From an uncultured Actinomycetes bacterium (GTDB lineage: Bacteria > Actinomycetota > Actinomycetes > S36-B12 > CAIYMF01), in assembly GCA_963700395.1 (NCBI GenBank), contig CAVOXI010000008.1, positions 100,626 through 124,625 of the forward strand: DNA of 24,000 nt, given 5' to 3'. Numbering within the stretch: position 1 is the first letter of the stretch; each line of letters starts with the position of its first letter. The notes beneath the pieces were generated by a model, which saw only the letters and a program-made list of their open reading frames with translations, had not been told where the DNA came from and did not search any database. Made by a program: the position numbers and the translations under genes. Positions 20,281-24,000 of this stretch are shown piece by piece.

Positions 20281-21628
20281 ATGGTGGCCCACGCACTGGC
20301 AGGATGGCCCCTTGTGCTGGGTCAACGGGTGTTCGCGTGGGCCCGCCGGACCCCGTACCTGGCCGACCTCCCGCGTGACGTGGCGGTCCTGTCGTTCGTC
20401 GCCTTCGCCGTCGCCCTCGGGTACGGCATCGCAGCCCCGGCCCTGCCCGTGTACGCGCGGACGTTCGGCGTCTCGGCGTTCATGGCCTCCACGGTCATCT
20501 CGGGGTTCGCCCTCATGCGCCTGCTCAGCGCGGCTCCGTCGGGGATCATGGTCGACCGCTTCGGCGAGCGGCGGATCATGTCGATCGGGATCTGGGTGGT
20601 CGCCGGCTCCTCGCTGATGACCGCCCTGGCCCAGAGCTTCGGGCAGCTGCTGGTGCTGCGCGGTGTGGGTGGCATCGGGTCGGCGATGTTCACCGTCTCG
20701 GCGATGGCCCTGCTGCTGCGCACGGCGGGCCCGGCGCAGCGGGGGCGGGCCTCCGGGGCGTTCCAGGCCGGGTTCCTCTTCGGCGGGGTCACGGGCCCGG
20801 CGATCGGCGGAGCCGTCACCGGCATCTCGATCCGCGCCCCGTTCGTCGTCTACGGCATCACGCTGGTCGTGGCCGGGCTGCTCGCGGCGAAGTACCTGTC
20901 ACGTGCCCCCGCTGGGGGCACCCGTCGCGGCCGGTGCCCCGGGGCGCCCAGCCCTGACACGCACGGCCCTGAGGATCCGGGGGCCCCCGAGTCCTGCGCA
21001 CGCGACGCCCAAGGCTGCCCCGGCGTCGCTGACCGCCGCCCTGCGCAGCGCCGCCTACCGGGCCGCGCTCATGGTCAACCTGTCCAGCGGCTTCATCGTG
21101 TTCGGCCTGCGGATCTCGCTGGTCCCGCTGTTCGTCACCGAGGGGCTCAAGCACGGCGTCGGGCTGGTCGGGATCGGCTTCCTGTGCGCGGCCGCCGCCC
21201 AGGCGGTCATGCTGATCCCCGCCGGGCGGTGGACCGACCGATCCGGACGGCGCGGCTCGATGCTCGTGGGCACAGCCACCCTCACCGGTGCGATGCTCCT
21301 GCTCGCGCTGCAGACCGGCGCGGTCGGGTTCCTGCTGGCGATGGCAGCCTCGGGCCTCGCATCGGCGTTCCTGGCGCCCGCGTCGGCGGCCGTCGTCGGC
21401 GACCTCACCCGCGGCCTGTCCGGTGGCCGCGTGGTGTCGGCCTACCAGATGGTCGGCGACCTCGGCGGCATCCTGGGCCCGCTCATCGCAGGGGCCCTGG
21501 CCGACGCCGCCGGATTCCAGTGGGCCTTCGCCGCCGGGGTCGTGATCGGCCTGGTCGCGCTGGCGTTCGTCGTGGTGATGCCCGAGACGCTGCGCCGGGA
21601 GTCCCAGGAGTCCCCCTCAGGCGCGTGA
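20281..21628 (+). CDS. MFS transporter, one +1 frameshift in the central loop (~20.92-21.0 kb)
   Basis: Frame 1: DVAVLSFVAFAVALGYGIAAPALPVYARTFGVSAFMASTVISGFALMRLLSAAPSGIMVDRFGERRIM... . Frame 2: SAAYRAALMVNLSSGFIVFGLRISLVPLFVTEGLKHG...PAGRWTDRSGRRGSMLVG...SAYQMVGDLGGILGPLIAGALADAAGFQWAF. Real start may be GTG at 20314. Confidence 0.85.
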
Positions 21629-21653
21629 GGCCGCCAGGCGCGACACTGTCGCC

Positions 21654-22603
21654 ATGCGACCACCGAGCACGGACTGGGCCGAGAGCATCAGCGACGACGA
21701 GCGCCGCCCGGCACGCGGCCTTCACCGACAGGATCGTGGCGCTGCAGGGCCGCATCAACGCGAAGCAGGGGCCGGGCAGGGCCTTCCACCGCAAGCAGGT
21801 GGCCGCCCTGTCGGGGACGCTCACCGTGGCAGCGGGGCTGCCCGAGTACGCGAGGCAGGGGTTGTTCGCCCGAGCCCGGCGAGTTCGAGGTGCTGGCCCG
21901 CATGTCCAACGGCTCGGTGACTGCCCAACCGGACCCGGTCCCGGACATCCGCGGGTTCGCCATCTCGGTGCGCGGCCTGGAGGCGCCCGGCGCCCTGGCG
22001 GCAACCACGGACCGGCAGGACTTCCTGCTCATCAACCGACCGGCGTTCGGCTTCCAGGACTCACGCGACTTCGCCGACATCGTCGCGGTGGCCCCCAAGG
22101 GGCAGAGGGCGATGCTGGCGCACCTGGTCGACAAGCACGGCGTGGTCCGCGGCCCCCTGGAGATGGCCAAGCAGGCCGCCGACCTCGCGCGACCGTTCAG
22201 CGGGTATGCCACCTCCGACTTCCACGCCTGCGCCCCGATCGCATGGGGGCCCTATGCCGCCCACGTGCACGTCACGCCGGTGGACGCCTCCCGGGACCTG
22301 CTCGCATGGCGTGACTGGGGCGCCGACGTGCGCGGCCGGGTCGCCCGGGGCCCGCTGCGCTGGACGGTTCAGGCCCAGTTCTACACCGATCCGGACTCCA
22401 CCCCGATCGAGGACGGCCGCCGGGCCTGGGATGCCCCCAAGGTCATCGTGGGCACCCTGGAGCTGACCCAGGTCGAGGACTCCCAGGCGGTGGAGGCCGA
22501 CCACTTCGACCCGTGGATGGCGATGGCCGACCACCGACCCCTGGGCGAGATCATGCGCGCCCGGAAGGCTGCCTACTTCGCGAGCTACCGGAACCGGTCG
22601 TGA
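21654..22603 (+). CDS. Catalase-superfamily (small heme catalase-like) protein; two +1 frameshifts near the N-terminus
   Basis: Reconstructed: DEAARHAAFTDRIVALQGRINAKQGPGRAFHRKQVAALSGTLTVAAGLPEYARQGLFARPGEFEVLARMSNGSVTAQPDPVPDIRGFAISVRGLEAPG...DFLLINRPAFGFQDSRDFADIV...VQAQFYTD...FDPWMAMADHRPLGEIMRARKAAYFAS. Confidence 0.72.
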
Positions 22604-22635
22604 GCCGGTTCCCCGCGCACAGCTAGTCTCCGTGC

Positions 22636-23334
22636 GTGGCTGACTCCCCCACGCCCCCCTCGCGCCGGCCCCTGACCGAGCTGGTCGCGCCCGACTGGGC
22701 GGCGGCCCTCGAGCCGCAGGCCGAGCGCATCAGCGCAATGGGCGACTTCCTGCGCGCCGAGCTGGCCGCCGGGCGCGGCTACCTGCCGGCCGGGCCGAAC
22801 GTGCTCCGCGCGTTCACCCGACCCATGTCCGAGGTCCGCGTGCTCATCGTCGGGCAGGACCCCTACCCCACTCCGGGGCACGCGGTCGGGCTCTCGTTCT
22901 GCGTGGCCCCGGACGTGCGCCCCGTCCCGCGGAGCCTGGCCAACATCTACCGCGAGCTGCACGACGACCTCGGCTGCCCCCGCCCTGCCTCCGGTGACCT
23001 GACTCCGTGGGCGGACCAGGGCGTCCTGCTGCTCAACAGGGTGCTGACCGTGACCCCGGGCAGCTCCGGATCGCACCGCGGCAAGGGCTGGGAGGAGATC
23101 ACCGAGGCCGCCATCCGGGCCCTCGTGGCGCGTGGGGGGCCGCTGGTCGCGATCCTGTGGGGCCGCGACGCCCAGGGCCTGACCCCGATGCTCGGCGACA
23201 CGCCCAGGATCGCCTCGGCCCATCCCAGCCCGATGTCCGCCGACCGGGGGTTCTTCGGCTCCCGCCCGTTCAGCCGCGCCAACGCCGCGCTGGTGGCCCA
23301 GGGGGCAGCCCCGATCGACTGGTGCCTGCCCTGA
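22636..23334 (+). CDS. ung: Uracil-DNA glycosylase (family 1)
   Basis: [104 protein letters not shown]; GTG start. Confidence 0.97.
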   Translation: MADSPTPPSRRPLTELVAPDWAAALEPQAERISAMGDFLRAELAAGRGYLPAGPNVLRAFTRPMSEVRVLIVGQDPYPTPGHAVGLSFCVAPDVRPVPRSLANIYRELHDDLGCPRPASGDLTPWADQGVLLLNRVLTVTPGSSGSHRGKGWEEITEAAIRALVARGGPLVAILWGRDAQGLTPMLGDTPRIASAHPSPMSADRGFFGSRPFSRANAALVAQGAAPIDWCLP

Positions 23335-23337
23335 GGA

Positions 23338-24000
23338 TCAGCCGTCGGGCGTCCCGGCGGAGACGAGCTGCTCGGCCAGCGCACGTGCCACCGCCGGTCG
23401 GCCCGCGAGCTCCAGCAGGCCGATGGGCGCCAGCAGGTACTGCCGGTCGATGAGCACCCGGGCCCGCTCGGGCAGCCGCCATCCGCCCGCGTAGTCGGTC
23501 AGGACCGCGTCCAGGACGCCGCGGGCGGCGCCCGGATCGGCGTGCCTCAGGACGCCGCCGGACCCGATCAGCAACCCGACGTGGGTCAGGTCCCGGGACC
23601 CCTCGGCACCCGGGCGGGCGTGCCGGCGGGCCGCGATGACGCCTGCGAGCCGCGCCAGCGCGAGCTCGTCGGCCCGCTCAGCCCGGGTGCCCGGCAGGAA
23701 GCCCACGTCTGCGCGACGGCGCTCGGCGGCGAGCGCCAGCAGCTCGGCCGGGCCCTCCTCACCGCCGGCAGCAGGCTCGAGCAGCCGCTCGGCCAGCGCG
23801 GCGGCGACGACGTCCTGGGCGCTCCAGCGCATCCCCAGGTCGCCCTCCACCGAGCGCCCGTGCCACAGCGTCTCGACCGCCTCATCGGGGGCCTGGTCAT
23901 CGGGGTTCAGGACGCTGTAGACGTCGGTCGTCGCCCCGCCGATGTCCAGCGCCATCACGTCCCCGCTGGCCCCGGGCTGCCCCGCCAGGACGTCGGCGAC
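23338..24000 (-). CDS. GlmL/MutL-type glutamate mutase L family protein (aminomutase-associated ASKHA ATPase), 5' end outside the window
   Basis: MALDIGGATTDVYSVL, VEGDLGMRWSAQDVV, LTHVGLLIGSGGVLRHADPGAARGVLDAVL, VLIDRQYLLAPIGLLE. Confidence 0.75.
   Translation of the reverse strand, partial: VADVLAGQPGASGDVMALDIGGATTDVYSVLNPDDQAPDEAVETLWHGRSVEGDLGMRWSAQDVVAAALAERLLEPAAGGEEGPAELLALAAERRRADVGFLPGTRAERADELALARLAGVIAARRHARPGAEGSRDLTHVGLLIGSGGVLRHADPGAARGVLDAVLTDYAGGWRLPERARVLIDRQYLLAPIGLLELAGRPAVARALAEQLVSAGTPDG

Noticed and set aside
19150-22314. 1054-aa plus-strand ORF
   Set aside because: Antisense to ilvA at its start, then reads through the first half of the MFS gene and out-of-frame parts of later genes. 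Its length comes from high GC and frameshifts; only the 20281-~20930 portion and a short piece of the catalase-like gene are real coding sequence.

Overview
This is a high-GC actinobacterial chromosomal segment, mostly conserved housekeeping genes with dense gene packing. Order: ychF (-, partial) | DUF222/13E12-type HNH endonuclease (+) with a perfect LexA/SOS box | rmuC (+) | DUF6542-like membrane protein (+) | ispH (-) | xseA-xseB (+) | DUF4245 (-) | class I fumarase (+) | secreted PG-binding/lysozyme-like protein (-) | PIN-PhoH ATPase (-) | uppS-type prenyltransferase (-) | hemolysin III family (-) | xthA-type exonuclease III (-) | MFS transporter (+, heavily frameshifted) | DUF1707 protein (-) | DUF3817 (-) | SURF1 (-) | small membrane protein (-) | DUF4307 (+) | greA (+) | ilvA (-) | MFS transporter (+) | catalase-fold protein (+) | ung (+) | GlmL/MutL-type glutamate mutase reactivase-like protein (-, partial). 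No CRISPR array, prophage, transposase, tRNA or rRNA was recognised. Main points of interest: (1) a perfect 16-bp SOS palindrome at the start of the HNH gene; (2) three CRP/GlxR-like sites upstream of the secreted lysozyme-like gene; (3) about 20 frameshifts, all explainable as net +1 insertions on either coding strand and concentrated at ~7.0-7.3 kb and 14.6-21.9 kb, which look like insertion-type sequence errors; (4) a GlmL-like gene at the right edge that hints at a B12-dependent aminomutase locus just outside. I found no convincing new defence or other undescribed system.
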